64,000 bases of DNA from Nitrospinota bacterium (GTDB lineage: Bacteria; Nitrospinota_A; UBA7883): assembly GCA_965223725.1 (NCBI GenBank), contig CBDCXE010000002.1:254546-318545 (forward strand). Direction: 5' to 3'. Shown piece by piece: positions 40,048 through 49,201 of the stretch. Under the pieces are notes generated by a model. The model searched no databases. It had not been told where the DNA came from and worked only from the letters and a program-made list of their open reading frames with translations. Made by a program: the position numbers and the translations under genes. How positions within the stretch are numbered: the first letter of the stretch is position 1; each line of letters starts with the position of its first letter.

Positions 40048-41409
40048 TTGACCTACCTGATAATCGCCATATATGTGATGGTGCTGCTGGGGACGGCGTA
40101 CCTGGGCTGGCGCAAAACGAAAACCTTGAACGACCACTTCGTCGCCGGGCGGGGCATGCCGGTGTGGCTGGCGTCATTCACCATGGCGGCCACGGTGATC
40201 GGGTCCGGCATTGTGCTGGGTGTCAGCGAGCTGGCCTATAAGGTTGGGCTGTCGGCGATGCTCTATCCGGCGTTGCTGGGCGTGGCGCTGGCCGCGTCGG
40301 TCCTGGTGGCGTCGTACAAGTTCCGCGAGAGCGAGGCGATCACCGTGCCGGAGCTGCTGGGCAGGCATTACGGCCGCAACGCCCGCTCCTTCACCGCCGT
40401 CGCCTCCGCGCTGAAATGGATGGGGCCGACGGCGGCGCAATATCTGGCGGTGGGCGCCATCATCCAGAGCGCCACGGGGTTGCAGGCGGAGTATTCCATC
40501 ATCGTCGCGGCGGTTATCATCATCGGCTATGTGGTGATCGGCGGCGCCTGGGCCATCGCCTATACCGACACCACGCAACTGGTCATCGTGTACCTGGGGC
40601 TGATCATCCTTTCGGTCATCGGGTATATGGAGCATGGCGGAATCTTCGCGCTGGCGGAGCAGCTCGGGCCGGCCCATCAAAGCTGGGGCGGGGTGGGGAC
40701 CATGCGGCTGACCACATGGATAGGCGCCATCGTAGCCCTGCTGTTCGCCGATCAGGTCTGGCTCCAGCGTTCGGCGTCGCTGAAAACACCTGGCGATGCC
40801 GTCAAGGCGGGGCTGTATGGCGCGCTGCTGGTGTTCCCGATCGGCCTGTTGACCGTGTTTGCGGGGCTGGCAGCGGCGAAGACCATGCCAGGGATCGACC
40901 CGAGGACCGCCGTGCCGGCATTGATATTCGACCAGTTCCCGCAGGCGGTGGCGGTGCTGTTTGTCTCCGCCATAGTCGCCGCGTCGATGAGCTCCACCGA
41001 TTCGTGGCTCCACTCATCCGCCACGCTGCTGGTGAACGATATCTATGTGGACCGGATCAACCCGGACGCGGAGGAGAGGCAGATCCGAAAGATAATGAAT
41101 ATTATAACTGTGCTGCTGGGCGCCGGAGCGGTGGTCCTGGCGCTCAGCTGGAAAGGCGGGATCATATCGCTGGTCTTCCTGACGATGGTGTGGGGGTCGT
41201 GCATATATATCGGGCCGCTGCTGCTGATATGGTATTCGCAGACGAAGATTTCATCAACGTCAGCTTTGGCAATTATGGTATCCACCCTTGTACTGGGCGT
41301 TCTGTTGTCGCGCAATCCGCCGTATGGGTTAAGCCCGCTGTTGATATCGGCGCTGTTTGCATATGCGATGACCTTTGGGGCGTGGCTGCTGGCCCGGAGA
41401 AGCGGATAA
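40048..41409 (+). CDS. Sodium:solute symporter family (SSS) transporter
   Basis: 13 TM; N-terminal YLIIAIYVMVLLGTAYLGWRKTKTLNDHFVAGRGMPVWL typical of PutP/PanF-like SSS proteins. Confidence 0.85.
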   Translation: MTYLIIAIYVMVLLGTAYLGWRKTKTLNDHFVAGRGMPVWLASFTMAATVIGSGIVLGVSELAYKVGLSAMLYPALLGVALAASVLVASYKFRESEAITVPELLGRHYGRNARSFTAVASALKWMGPTAAQYLAVGAIIQSATGLQAEYSIIVAAVIIIGYVVIGGAWAIAYTDTTQLVIVYLGLIILSVIGYMEHGGIFALAEQLGPAHQSWGGVGTMRLTTWIGAIVALLFADQVWLQRSASLKTPGDAVKAGLYGALLVFPIGLLTVFAGLAAAKTMPGIDPRTAVPALIFDQFPQAVAVLFVSAIVAASMSSTDSWLHSSATLLVNDIYVDRINPDAEERQIRKIMNIITVLLGAGAVVLALSWKGGIISLVFLTMVWGSCIYIGPLLLIWYSQTKISSTSALAIMVSTLVLGVLLSRNPPYGLSPLLISALFAYAMTFGAWLLARRSG

Positions 41410-41418
41410 GGAAGTAAG

Positions 41419-42156
41419 CTATTCCTCGCCATCGCCCTCGGTAAGCTCCAGGAATATCGATTCCAGGTCGTTGTTGCTTGCTTTTGCCTGAGCGCGTAAC
41501 TGCTCCATGGCGCCCATGGCGATGATTTTCCCTTTACGCAGGATCGCGATCCTGTCGCAGATTTCCTCCGCGATGGCCATGGTATGGGTCGAGACCAAAA
41601 CCGTGGAGCCCTCCGCGGCCAGCTCGCGAAACAATCCTTTCACCTGGCTCATCCCCTTGGCGTCCAGCCCCACCATCGGCTCGTCGATGATCAGCGCTTT
41701 TGGGTTGTGTATCAGCGCGGATATGATGATTAATTTCTGGCGCATGCCGTGGGAAAAGCTCTCCACCAGCTCGTTGAGGCGACCGTTCAGTGAGAACATT
41801 TCGATCAGGCGGTTTTGCTTTTCAATCACTGCCGGATCGCCGTTGACCTGATAGATATCCCGGATGAACTCCAGAAATTCCTCGCCGGTCAGCTTCTCGT
41901 AGATGAATGGTTTGTCGGGCACGAAGCCGATGATTTTTTTCGCTTCCATCGGTTGTTTCTGCACATCGAACCCGCCGATGGAGAGGGCGCCGCTGGTGGG
42001 GACCAACAGCCCGGCCAGCATTTTCATGGTGGTGGTTTTGCCGGCGCCGTTCGGGCCGAGCAGCCCGAAGCATTCGCCGCTGTTAACATGCAGGTCCAGG
42101 CCGTCCACGGCGAGGGTCTCGCCATACAGCTTGGTTACGTTTTCAATTTGTATCAT
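41419..42156 (-). CDS. ABC transporter ATP-binding protein (ABC-2/DrrA-like), no adjacent permease
   Basis: Walker A GPNGAGKTT; signature SHGMRQKL; Walker B LIIDEPMVGLD; H-loop STHTM. Start taken as ATG 42156 (MIQIENVTKLYG); the ORF track extends to TTG 42171. Confidence 0.85.
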   Translation of the reverse strand: MIQIENVTKLYGETLAVDGLDLHVNSGECFGLLGPNGAGKTTTMKMLAGLLVPTSGALSIGGFDVQKQPMEAKKIIGFVPDKPFIYEKLTGEEFLEFIRDIYQVNGDPAVIEKQNRLIEMFSLNGRLNELVESFSHGMRQKLIIISALIHNPKALIIDEPMVGLDAKGMSQVKGLFRELAAEGSTVLVSTHTMAIAEEICDRIAILRKGKIIAMGAMEQLRAQAKASNNDLESIFLELTEGDGEE

Positions 42157-42164
42157 GGCCCATT

Positions 42165-42246
42165 TTACCAATAAAAAAGCGAGTAAGTAGAGGCCAAGCC
42201 CAATAGAGGGGGAAGGTGGGGTGGGCCTGACCTCTACTTACTCGCT
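42165..42246 (-). terminator. Long-stem intrinsic terminator downstream of hsp20 (minus strand)
   Basis: 16-bp perfect inverted repeat agcgagtaagtagagg (42178-42193) / cctctacttactcgct (42229-42246), followed on the minus strand by gcttttttattgg. Confidence 0.55.
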
Positions 42247-42269
42247 ATAACTTCTGGCGATCGTGTTAC

Positions 42270-42704
42270 TTACTTGACTTCGATCTGCCTCGGCTTAACG
42301 GCTTCAAGTTTCGATATTGTAATATCGAGAACACCATCTTTATACTGGGCTGTTACCTTGTCATTGTCGATGCCGTCGAAGCGCAATCGCCGGGCGAAGC
42401 TTCCATAGCTTCTCTCCACATGGTACATTTTCTCGTCTTCTTTCACTTCCTCGCGCTTTTTCTCGCCCGTGACGCTCAGGACGTTGTCCTCCAGCTCTAC
42501 CTTAATATCATCCTTGGCGATGCCGGCGACTTCCAGGTGGACTTTGTATTCGGTTTCGGTCTCGCTCACATCCATCGGTGGGGACCATGGGGTGGAGCCC
42601 CAAAGCGATTTGGGAGCGACTGACTCGCCGAAAAACGACCCGAACCCGAAAGGATCATAGTCATGCAACGGTTTTACCCTTCTGTCATGTTTTGTCAATG
42701 TCAT
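42270..42704 (-). CDS. Hsp20/alpha-crystallin small heat-shock protein
   Basis: Start refined to MTLTKHDRR (SD GGAGG 8 nt upstream); alpha-crystallin domain (WSPPMDVSETETEYKVHLEVAGIAKDDIKVELEDNVLSVTGEKK...); C-terminal I-x-I-like IEV. Confidence 0.85.
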   Translation of the reverse strand: MTLTKHDRRVKPLHDYDPFGFGSFFGESVAPKSLWGSTPWSPPMDVSETETEYKVHLEVAGIAKDDIKVELEDNVLSVTGEKKREEVKEDEKMYHVERSYGSFARRLRFDGIDNDKVTAQYKDGVLDITISKLEAVKPRQIEVK

Positions 42705-42869
42705 CTTTATATCCTCCATCAATATTCGATTGAATGTTCTGTTATCTCTGACCTTGCTAGAGATATAAAATCGAATATACCGCTTGTCAAGCTGCTCCAG
42801 CCCACAATCTACCCGTTTATATATTAGTGGTTTAGCAGATTGAGACGGACATAACCACACGATTCGAAT

Positions 42870-43163
42870 TTAAAGGTTGCCAGCTTTATTATCGGTGGAG
42901 GGCAGGGGGGCGCCTTCCTCTTTTTCGTACTGTTTGGCCCGGGTGACAAAGTCGAGGGCCCATGCGTTTCCCGCCTCTCTCAGCCCTTCCACACCGCGGA
43001 ACAGGGCACCGCCAAGGGTTAACGTTTTGATGAACGTCAGCGCTGGGAAAAGTGTCAGCGATATAAAGCTGGAGATGGTGGATACTCTGCCGCCACCTGC
43101 CGCCTGGGCGATATGATCGGTCTGCTCATCTAACCGCCGTATGATCTCGCCCTGGCTCTCCAA
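42870..43163 (-). CDS. Small hypothetical membrane protein downstream of the multiheme cytochrome
   Basis: 97 aa, one hydrophobic helix (ISSFISLTLFPALTFIKTLTLGGALF); 3-bp gap to the cytochrome stop. Confidence 0.3.
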   Translation of the reverse strand: MESQGEIIRRLDEQTDHIAQAAGGGRVSTISSFISLTLFPALTFIKTLTLGGALFRGVEGLREAGNAWALDFVTRAKQYEKEEGAPLPSTDNKAGNL

Positions 43164-43166
43164 CGG

Positions 43167-44492
43167 TTAATCCCTATGTTCATACTGCTTTGATTTAAAC
43201 CATAAAGAGCCTGCAAACCCGAGGAACACGATCCATGCGAGGAATAGACCGACCTTGCGGGTTTTGATTTCGCTCCACATGCTGGCAACTTCCTTTTCGA
43301 CCTCATTGGCGGACACTATCAGGCCTTCTGTCTGTTTTTTCACCGCTTCTACATCCAGCTTGTGGGTCAGCGCGGTGAGCTCCTTCAGGCCTTCTTCTGT
43401 CTTTTCCATATTGGCCAGCAGTTCGGTCACTTCAAATCCGCCATGGGCGTTCTCTTCGAAATTGCTCAAATCGGTGGAAGCCTTGGTTACCGCGTCCACA
43501 GTGGAGCGCATGGCAGACTGCATCTCCACCCCTAGCTGATACGCTGGCTCGGATGAATCATGACAACCTATACAATCGTTATCATTATCCCCAGTAAATT
43601 TGTCCACCGTCGGATGCTCCACATCATGGTTGTTATGGCAATGCAGGCAGACTGGCTCGCCCTCTTTCTTATAAACCGCCCAATGCGGGCTCTCCTTATA
43701 ATACTCCGCCTGAGAGCTATGACATTTGAAGCAGACTGTCTGAACACGGTCGGAAGACGGGGGAACTATTCCATGGTTTCCATGACAATCGACACAGGTC
43801 GGCGCCAAAGCGTCACCCTCTGACACCAGCTTGTAATGTTTGCTCTCTTGATATAACGCCAGTTGATCGAATGGTTTTCTTCGCTTTTTAAATATAGCTT
43901 CCTGGCTGTGGCACTCTCCACACATATTAGGGATATTGGTTCGGAACACAGCCGAGTTTGGATCCTTGACACGCAATATTTTATGTTTGCCATGGCAACT
44001 AACACATGTAGGGGCCTCTTCATCCCCGCCTTTCACCTTGCGGCCATGCACAGACCCGGAATACAGGTCGAATTGATCCGCGCGCTGGTTATACGCCCTC
44101 ATCATTTTGGAGTCGGAATGACATTTTGCGCATAAGGCGGGTATATCAGCAACCGCTGGTTTCCCGATGAATCCAATGTCCGGATCCATAGCCATATCTT
44201 CATCCACAGGATCACCGCCATGGCAATCGTGGCACTTTATACCAACCTCGGCATGGACAGACTCTTTCCACTCATTAACAGGTGGGGTAAGCGTCTCATC
44301 CTCCATATCAGTATGGCAGTTGACGCAGTTATAGTTCTCTGGAATATCTATTTTTGAGTGAGCCGCCTCCTCCACACCGACAGCGTCAGCGCCGCTGCCA
44401 TCCTCAGCGGAAACCCTAGAACCAATTGAAAACAATAGAATTATCAGGCAAATAAAAACATGTATGGCCAGGCGCCGCGCATAGAATATCAT
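43167..44492 (-). CDS. Nine-heme c-type cytochrome, membrane-anchored by a C-terminal TM helix
   Basis: Nine CxxCH motifs (CVNCH, CHDCH, CAKCH, CVSCH, CGECH, CVDCH, CFKCH, CLHCH, CIGCH); N-terminal signal; C-terminal VGLFLAWIVFLGFAGSLWF. Confidence 0.85.
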   Translation of the reverse strand: MIFYARRLAIHVFICLIILLFSIGSRVSAEDGSGADAVGVEEAAHSKIDIPENYNCVNCHTDMEDETLTPPVNEWKESVHAEVGIKCHDCHGGDPVDEDMAMDPDIGFIGKPAVADIPALCAKCHSDSKMMRAYNQRADQFDLYSGSVHGRKVKGGDEEAPTCVSCHGKHKILRVKDPNSAVFRTNIPNMCGECHSQEAIFKKRRKPFDQLALYQESKHYKLVSEGDALAPTCVDCHGNHGIVPPSSDRVQTVCFKCHSSQAEYYKESPHWAVYKKEGEPVCLHCHNNHDVEHPTVDKFTGDNDNDCIGCHDSSEPAYQLGVEMQSAMRSTVDAVTKASTDLSNFEENAHGGFEVTELLANMEKTEEGLKELTALTHKLDVEAVKKQTEGLIVSANEVEKEVASMWSEIKTRKVGLFLAWIVFLGFAGSLWFKSKQYEHRD

Positions 44493-44551
44493 CTAAAAAT
44501 CACACTCCGCTATCAAATTTGTCATCCTAAATCCCCTTCGATACTTTTTTG

Positions 44552-45850
44552 CTATCTGACTTCGATGACAAAATCGACGCGGCGATTCAAACTTCTTCCC
44601 TTCGTTGTTTTGTTTGTATACTTTGGCTGTTTTTCGCCATAGCTCTTTATAAACATTCTATCCGGGTCGATGCCCAGCTCTTTAGCCAGAAAGCCTTTGG
44701 CCGCTTTCGCTCTGTGCAGTCCAAGCTTGTAATTATATCCATCTGCGCCGATGGAGCAAGTATTCCCTTCGATCAGCATGGAACCGCCAGGGTTCTCCTT
44801 CATCCTCTGGGCGTTGATTGCCAGTATACCCTTAGCTTTTTCTGTCAGGTCAGATTTATCGAACTTGAAATGAACGCTTTGCAGCACGATTTTGGTAACT
44901 TCGCCATCACCAGCGGCGGCGGCTCCGTCGTCGCCATCTTTATCACCAGCGCCATCATCCACGGCACCCGCGCCTGCCTTTGCGCCATCACCGTCATCCA
45001 CTTTCGTCCTCGCTGCCATAGCGCCATCATCCACGCCCAGCTTCGGTTTGCCAAGGCCCAAGCCCACTGTGATACCAGCGATCAGCATCTGGTTCGGGCT
45101 TCTGTCGCCGCTGCCGCCGCCCCAGGAAGCGTAACCGATCTGCGCGCTGCCCCAGTCGCCCATGTAATATCGGGCGCCGCCCAATACCATAGTGTTGTCG
45201 TCGCGCCGCGCGATCTGGTTCGACCAGCTGTGCCCGCTGACTTCGGCGATCAGGCTGGCGTTTTCAAACGCAAACCACTCCACACCGGCGCCATACAACG
45301 TCTGCGGATCCAGTAAATCGCCCGACCGGTTCATGTAGCCAATGTTAAAATGCCAGGAGACCTCTTCATACTCTTTATCTATAGCAAGCTTTGCGCCCAC
45401 ATCTGTATTGCCCGTGCCCAGCCCTTTATCCTCATCGCCAAAGGGTAATGAGGCGAGGCCAATAACAGCAAACCGTATATTATGTTTCGCGGAATTCCAA
45501 AAGTTCCATTTACCGCTTAACAGCCCATCGCTAAAACCGCTCAGGCTGTCTGCATTTTTCGGGTCTATATTCTGGTTGAGGAACTGAACGGCCAGCTCAA
45601 ATTGATCACCCAGACCAATGGTAGCAGGAACAGATATCGCGTCCAGATCATGTTCCTGAAACGCCCTGTCCCAGTTAGAGTCCCATCCAAACAGGCCGAC
45701 GGCCATACTTCCATTGCCCAGGGTCCTGGCTTTGTTGACAAAAAACAGGCCGCTTCCACCCTCTGCCCCAACCTGGGCTAATGCCGGTGTGGACACAACA
45801 GCGCAGAACAACAAAGCAACTATTGATAAAGCGTTAATCCTATTTCTCAT
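44552..45850 (-). CDS. OmpA-family outer-membrane protein (N-terminal beta-barrel, Gly/Asp/Ala-rich linker, C-terminal OmpA peptidoglycan-binding domain)
   Basis: Signal peptide; low-complexity linker DGDGAKAGAGAVDDGAGDKDGDDGAAAAGDGE; OmpA_C blocks (VHFKFDKSDL...LIEGNTCSIGADGYNYKLGLHRAKA...NRRVDFVI). Confidence 0.8.
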   Translation of the reverse strand: MRNRINALSIVALLFCAVVSTPALAQVGAEGGSGLFFVNKARTLGNGSMAVGLFGWDSNWDRAFQEHDLDAISVPATIGLGDQFELAVQFLNQNIDPKNADSLSGFSDGLLSGKWNFWNSAKHNIRFAVIGLASLPFGDEDKGLGTGNTDVGAKLAIDKEYEEVSWHFNIGYMNRSGDLLDPQTLYGAGVEWFAFENASLIAEVSGHSWSNQIARRDDNTMVLGGARYYMGDWGSAQIGYASWGGGSGDRSPNQMLIAGITVGLGLGKPKLGVDDGAMAARTKVDDGDGAKAGAGAVDDGAGDKDGDDGAAAAGDGEVTKIVLQSVHFKFDKSDLTEKAKGILAINAQRMKENPGGSMLIEGNTCSIGADGYNYKLGLHRAKAAKGFLAKELGIDPDRMFIKSYGEKQPKYTNKTTKGRSLNRRVDFVIEVR

Positions 45851-46078
45851 TGGTGGTCTCCATTATTAACGATAGCTCAAAAACTTCTATAAACTAAATT
45901 ACCGGTTAATCATATCAACAGAGGCGATATACGGCAACAGGTAAGTTTACTATTTTTATTTTTGCATGGGTGGCATGTTAATTCAGGACAGGAGGTGGAA
46001 AGATTTGTTATTTATCGCGCAGTTATGATCAAATTTATTTACATAATACTTGATGCTATCCCCCAGGGAAGGTAAATC

Positions 46079-46936
46079 TTATTTGTCAAGCGCCCATTGG
46101 GTGAATCTGCTTTTCAGCTTACGTCCGGGGCCATAATTTGGCAGGATATTTCTGTTCAGGCGCGCTAACCTCTCGCCGGTGGACGGATGGGTCTGGAAAA
46201 AGATCGATTTTCCGCGTCCTTCCGTCGCTTTGAGCGTAAACAGAAAGTCGCTCAACCCTTCGGCGTCATATCCGGATTTGGCGGCAATATCTGTCCCCAC
46301 TTCGTCCGCCTGGTACTCAAGGTTTTTATCCAACCCTTTGGTGAACAGAATATCATTGGCAATGTCCACGACCTCCAGATATTTTGCGGATGTTTTATCG
46401 ATAGCCACCGCCAGGCCAGCCAAACCGGCCAGTTGACGGCTTCTCGATAGCGTCTTAAGCATATGTTTTTCAGATATATGGGCAATCTCATGGCCTAAAA
46501 CACCCGCCAATTGAGCTTCATTGTCGAGCTTCGATAACAATCCACTGGTTATGAATATATAGCCCCCGGGCGCGGCGAAAGCGTTGGCTTCATTGTTGTT
46601 AATGATGGCAAACCGGTAATCCATATTTGGCCGCACGGACCGTTTGGCCACAGTCCTGCCCACCAGGTTGACATATTTATTCAGAATCGGGTCGTCTATC
46701 CGCGGTCCATACCGTTTAAAAACTTCTTTGGCCACGCCATGGCCGATGGCAACCTCTTCTTTATATGTTATTTCGCGGGTGGTTTTTAATACTTTATTGG
46801 TTGATTTGAATATTTCCAGCCCTTTTTCCACATCCTTTGGCAGTTTGAATTCGTCCAGACCGCCGGCGACAGAGATACTGCCCAAAATAATGGTAAAAAC
46901 AGCTATCATGATGATGGTTGTATATCTACTTTGCAT
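46079..46936 (-). CDS. M48-family zinc metallopeptidase (BepA/YfgC/HtpX-like), membrane-anchored
   Basis: Start refined to MQSRYTTIIMIAVF (TM); HEIAH zinc motif (LGHEIAHISEKH); downstream glutamate ligand region. Confidence 0.8.
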   Translation of the reverse strand: MQSRYTTIIMIAVFTIILGSISVAGGLDEFKLPKDVEKGLEIFKSTNKVLKTTREITYKEEVAIGHGVAKEVFKRYGPRIDDPILNKYVNLVGRTVAKRSVRPNMDYRFAIINNNEANAFAAPGGYIFITSGLLSKLDNEAQLAGVLGHEIAHISEKHMLKTLSRSRQLAGLAGLAVAIDKTSAKYLEVVDIANDILFTKGLDKNLEYQADEVGTDIAAKSGYDAEGLSDFLFTLKATEGRGKSIFFQTHPSTGERLARLNRNILPNYGPGRKLKSRFTQWALDK

Positions 46937-47453
46937 AATCACCCACCGCTCCTGATTGCTGGAATTTTTGAAGCTCGCCACTGGAAACTGAAAATTTTTC
47001 CATACTCGACACCGCGCTCTCCGCCTGCTCCTCTGATAAACCTGCATTGGCGCCAGCGGAATTTTTCAGCCCCCGGATGGAATGGCTCGATGTATCTTCA
47101 TCCATATGGGCGGTCCTGCCCCGGATGGAATGGCTCGACGAGTCCTCCGGCACAGAGGCGGTCCGGTCGCCATCCTCCAAAAGATCCATCAGCCCGCCAA
47201 AATCGTCATCGGGCGGATTAACCGATACATCGCCGTGATATATATACCCTTCGCCTTTATCGGCGGTTCCAACAAGATAGAAATCGCCCACTTCGTCGAT
47301 CACGGACAGCTCTTCATCCTCGCCCACGGTGGTCAACACTTTAGAGGATCGGGATGCGTCTGTATAGATTTTTACATCATCAAAGTTTACGAATACAGCC
47401 TCTGGCGCCGCCGCCAGTACCGCGGCCAGTATCAAAGATGTGAGTATATTCAT
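46926..47453 (-). CDS. Secreted SH3b-like domain protein with internal 16-aa tandem duplication
   Basis: Signal peptide; N-terminal SH3b-like beta domain (VFVNFDDVKIYTDASRSSKVLTTVGEDEELSVIDEVGDFYLVGTADKGEGYIYHGDV); repeated ..SSHSIRG.. encoded by a 48-bp tandem DNA repeat. Confidence 0.45.
   Translation of the reverse strand: MNILTSLILAAVLAAAPEAVFVNFDDVKIYTDASRSSKVLTTVGEDEELSVIDEVGDFYLVGTADKGEGYIYHGDVSVNPPDDDFGGLMDLLEDGDRTASVPEDSSSHSIRGRTAHMDEDTSSHSIRGLKNSAGANAGLSEEQAESAVSSMEKFSVSSGELQKFQQSGAVGDYAK
47071..47140 (-). repeat. 48-bp-period in-frame tandem duplication inside the SH3b-like gene
   Basis: ccccggatggaatggctcgatg (47071-47092) and ccccggatggaatggctcgacg (47119-47140). Confidence 0.7.
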
Positions 47454-47584
47454 CCGTTTATTTTACCAAACAATTATAGATTAGGTAACTGCAACTCCAA
47501 ATACCTGCAAGTTCTTTATCCATAATAAGACGGACATGGCAGGCTGGTTATCAGGGGCGGTCGGTCCCGCAACCATATGTCGAC

Positions 47585-49171
47585 TCACATTTTTTCAGCG
47601 TATACCCGATAGTCCATGTTTTTGAACAGGTTGTCTCTATCCTCGATTTCTCTTAGGTAAGTTTCGTTGACGGAGTCGGCGATGATTTCTTCGTATAGCT
47701 GGTGGAACCGGTGGATATGCTGCTTTGCCCGCTTCTGGGCGTAATGGCTGGAAGCGCCGGAGGTCATGATAAACGCCCAGTCGCTGCTTTGCGCCAGCAG
47801 CAGCTCCCGCGCCGCCTGATTCAGCGCGCGCAACAGTGTCCCACCCGCCACCGGATATCTGTCGGCCAGCTCGGCCATCCGTTCCGACGCTTTATGTACA
47901 TGCCGGTGCAGCCAGTCATTTTTCTCGTCGATCCACATTTCCGAATAGCCGCGCCGACCCCAGGATGACGCCGACGGCTCCGCTGTTTCGTTGTCGGGAT
48001 GACGATCCAGATAGTTCAAGGGGGTGATCAGCTCCAGCTCATCACATTCATCCACCGCGCGTATCAGATAGTTCAAAAACTCTGGACCCTCGCTCCACCA
48101 ATGGCCGAACAGCTCTGCGTCGAAGGGCGACACGATGAGAGGGACGCGATCCATATCCAGGCCATCAACCTGCGCCAGCCTGCGCCGGACGAAGTCGTCG
48201 GCATGCTCCGCCGCTTTATCCATGGCGGCCGGGTGGTCATAGATATCTTTCTCGTCGTCGCCGCTGGTGATCTTGTGATATTTGATCCCTGTCATTTTAC
48301 GATGACCGTTCGGCTGGATGTAGGGGCGGATATAGTCGAGCTCCCGATCGAACCCAATATCGCGATAGAAATCACGATAGCAAGGGTCGCCCGGATAACC
48401 GGTTTTCGAGCTCCAGACTTCCTTGCTCGACTCCATCTCCCTGCCGAAAACAGAGAGTCCGTTGCGGCATTGCGCCGGCGCGTATACTCCACGTTTCGGC
48501 GGTGGGTCGGCGAACAGCAGGCCATGGGCGTCCGCAATAAAGTATCTCAACCCCTCGTCATGATAGAACTGTTCCAGCCCCTCGAAATACCCCAGCTCCG
48601 GCGGCCAGATGCCGGTGGGGTCCCGGTCGAACACGGCCCTGTACTGGTCGCACGCGATTTTTATCTGGGCGCGGATGGCCCGCCTGTCTATCGCCAGCAG
48701 CGGCAGATAGGCGTGGGTGGCGGCGCAGGTGATGATCTCCACCAACCCGCGGTCCTGCAACGCTTTGAACGCAGAGACCAGATCGCCATCGTATCGCCCT
48801 TCATACAACTGCATGGCGGACCTATAGCGCCGGTTATACATGACGGCCAGTTCGTTTATCTGCGGCGATTTGTCTGTCCGGTCGATCTCTTTTTCCGACA
48901 GCTCTATCAGCTTGCCCATGTGCCGGATATAGCGAGCCTGCAATAACGGATCGTTGAGCATTTCGATCAGCGTGGGGGAGAGGGAGAGGGTCAGTCCGCT
49001 GGCGATGCCCTCATCGGCCAGGTTCTCGATCAGGCTGATTACCGGCAGATAGGTCTCTGTTATAGCTTCATACAGCCAATCCTCCTCCAGCGAGTATTCA
49101 TGCTCCGGGTGGCGCACGAAGGGCAGATGGGCGTGCAGGATGAGGGAGATGTAACCTTTGGCAACAGGCAT
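47585..49171 (-). CDS. GH57-family 1,4-alpha-glucan branching enzyme-like protein
   Basis: GH57 N-terminal signature GYISLILHAHLPFVRHPEHEYSLEEDWLYEAITETYLPV; catalytic Glu/Asp regions; C-terminal DUF1957-like helical domain. Confidence 0.85.
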   Translation of the reverse strand: MPVAKGYISLILHAHLPFVRHPEHEYSLEEDWLYEAITETYLPVISLIENLADEGIASGLTLSLSPTLIEMLNDPLLQARYIRHMGKLIELSEKEIDRTDKSPQINELAVMYNRRYRSAMQLYEGRYDGDLVSAFKALQDRGLVEIITCAATHAYLPLLAIDRRAIRAQIKIACDQYRAVFDRDPTGIWPPELGYFEGLEQFYHDEGLRYFIADAHGLLFADPPPKRGVYAPAQCRNGLSVFGREMESSKEVWSSKTGYPGDPCYRDFYRDIGFDRELDYIRPYIQPNGHRKMTGIKYHKITSGDDEKDIYDHPAAMDKAAEHADDFVRRRLAQVDGLDMDRVPLIVSPFDAELFGHWWSEGPEFLNYLIRAVDECDELELITPLNYLDRHPDNETAEPSASSWGRRGYSEMWIDEKNDWLHRHVHKASERMAELADRYPVAGGTLLRALNQAARELLLAQSSDWAFIMTSGASSHYAQKRAKQHIHRFHQLYEEIIADSVNETYLREIEDRDNLFKNMDYRVYAEKM

Positions 49172-49201
49172 AACGCGCGCCTTTATAGTTGCAAGCTCAA
49201 G

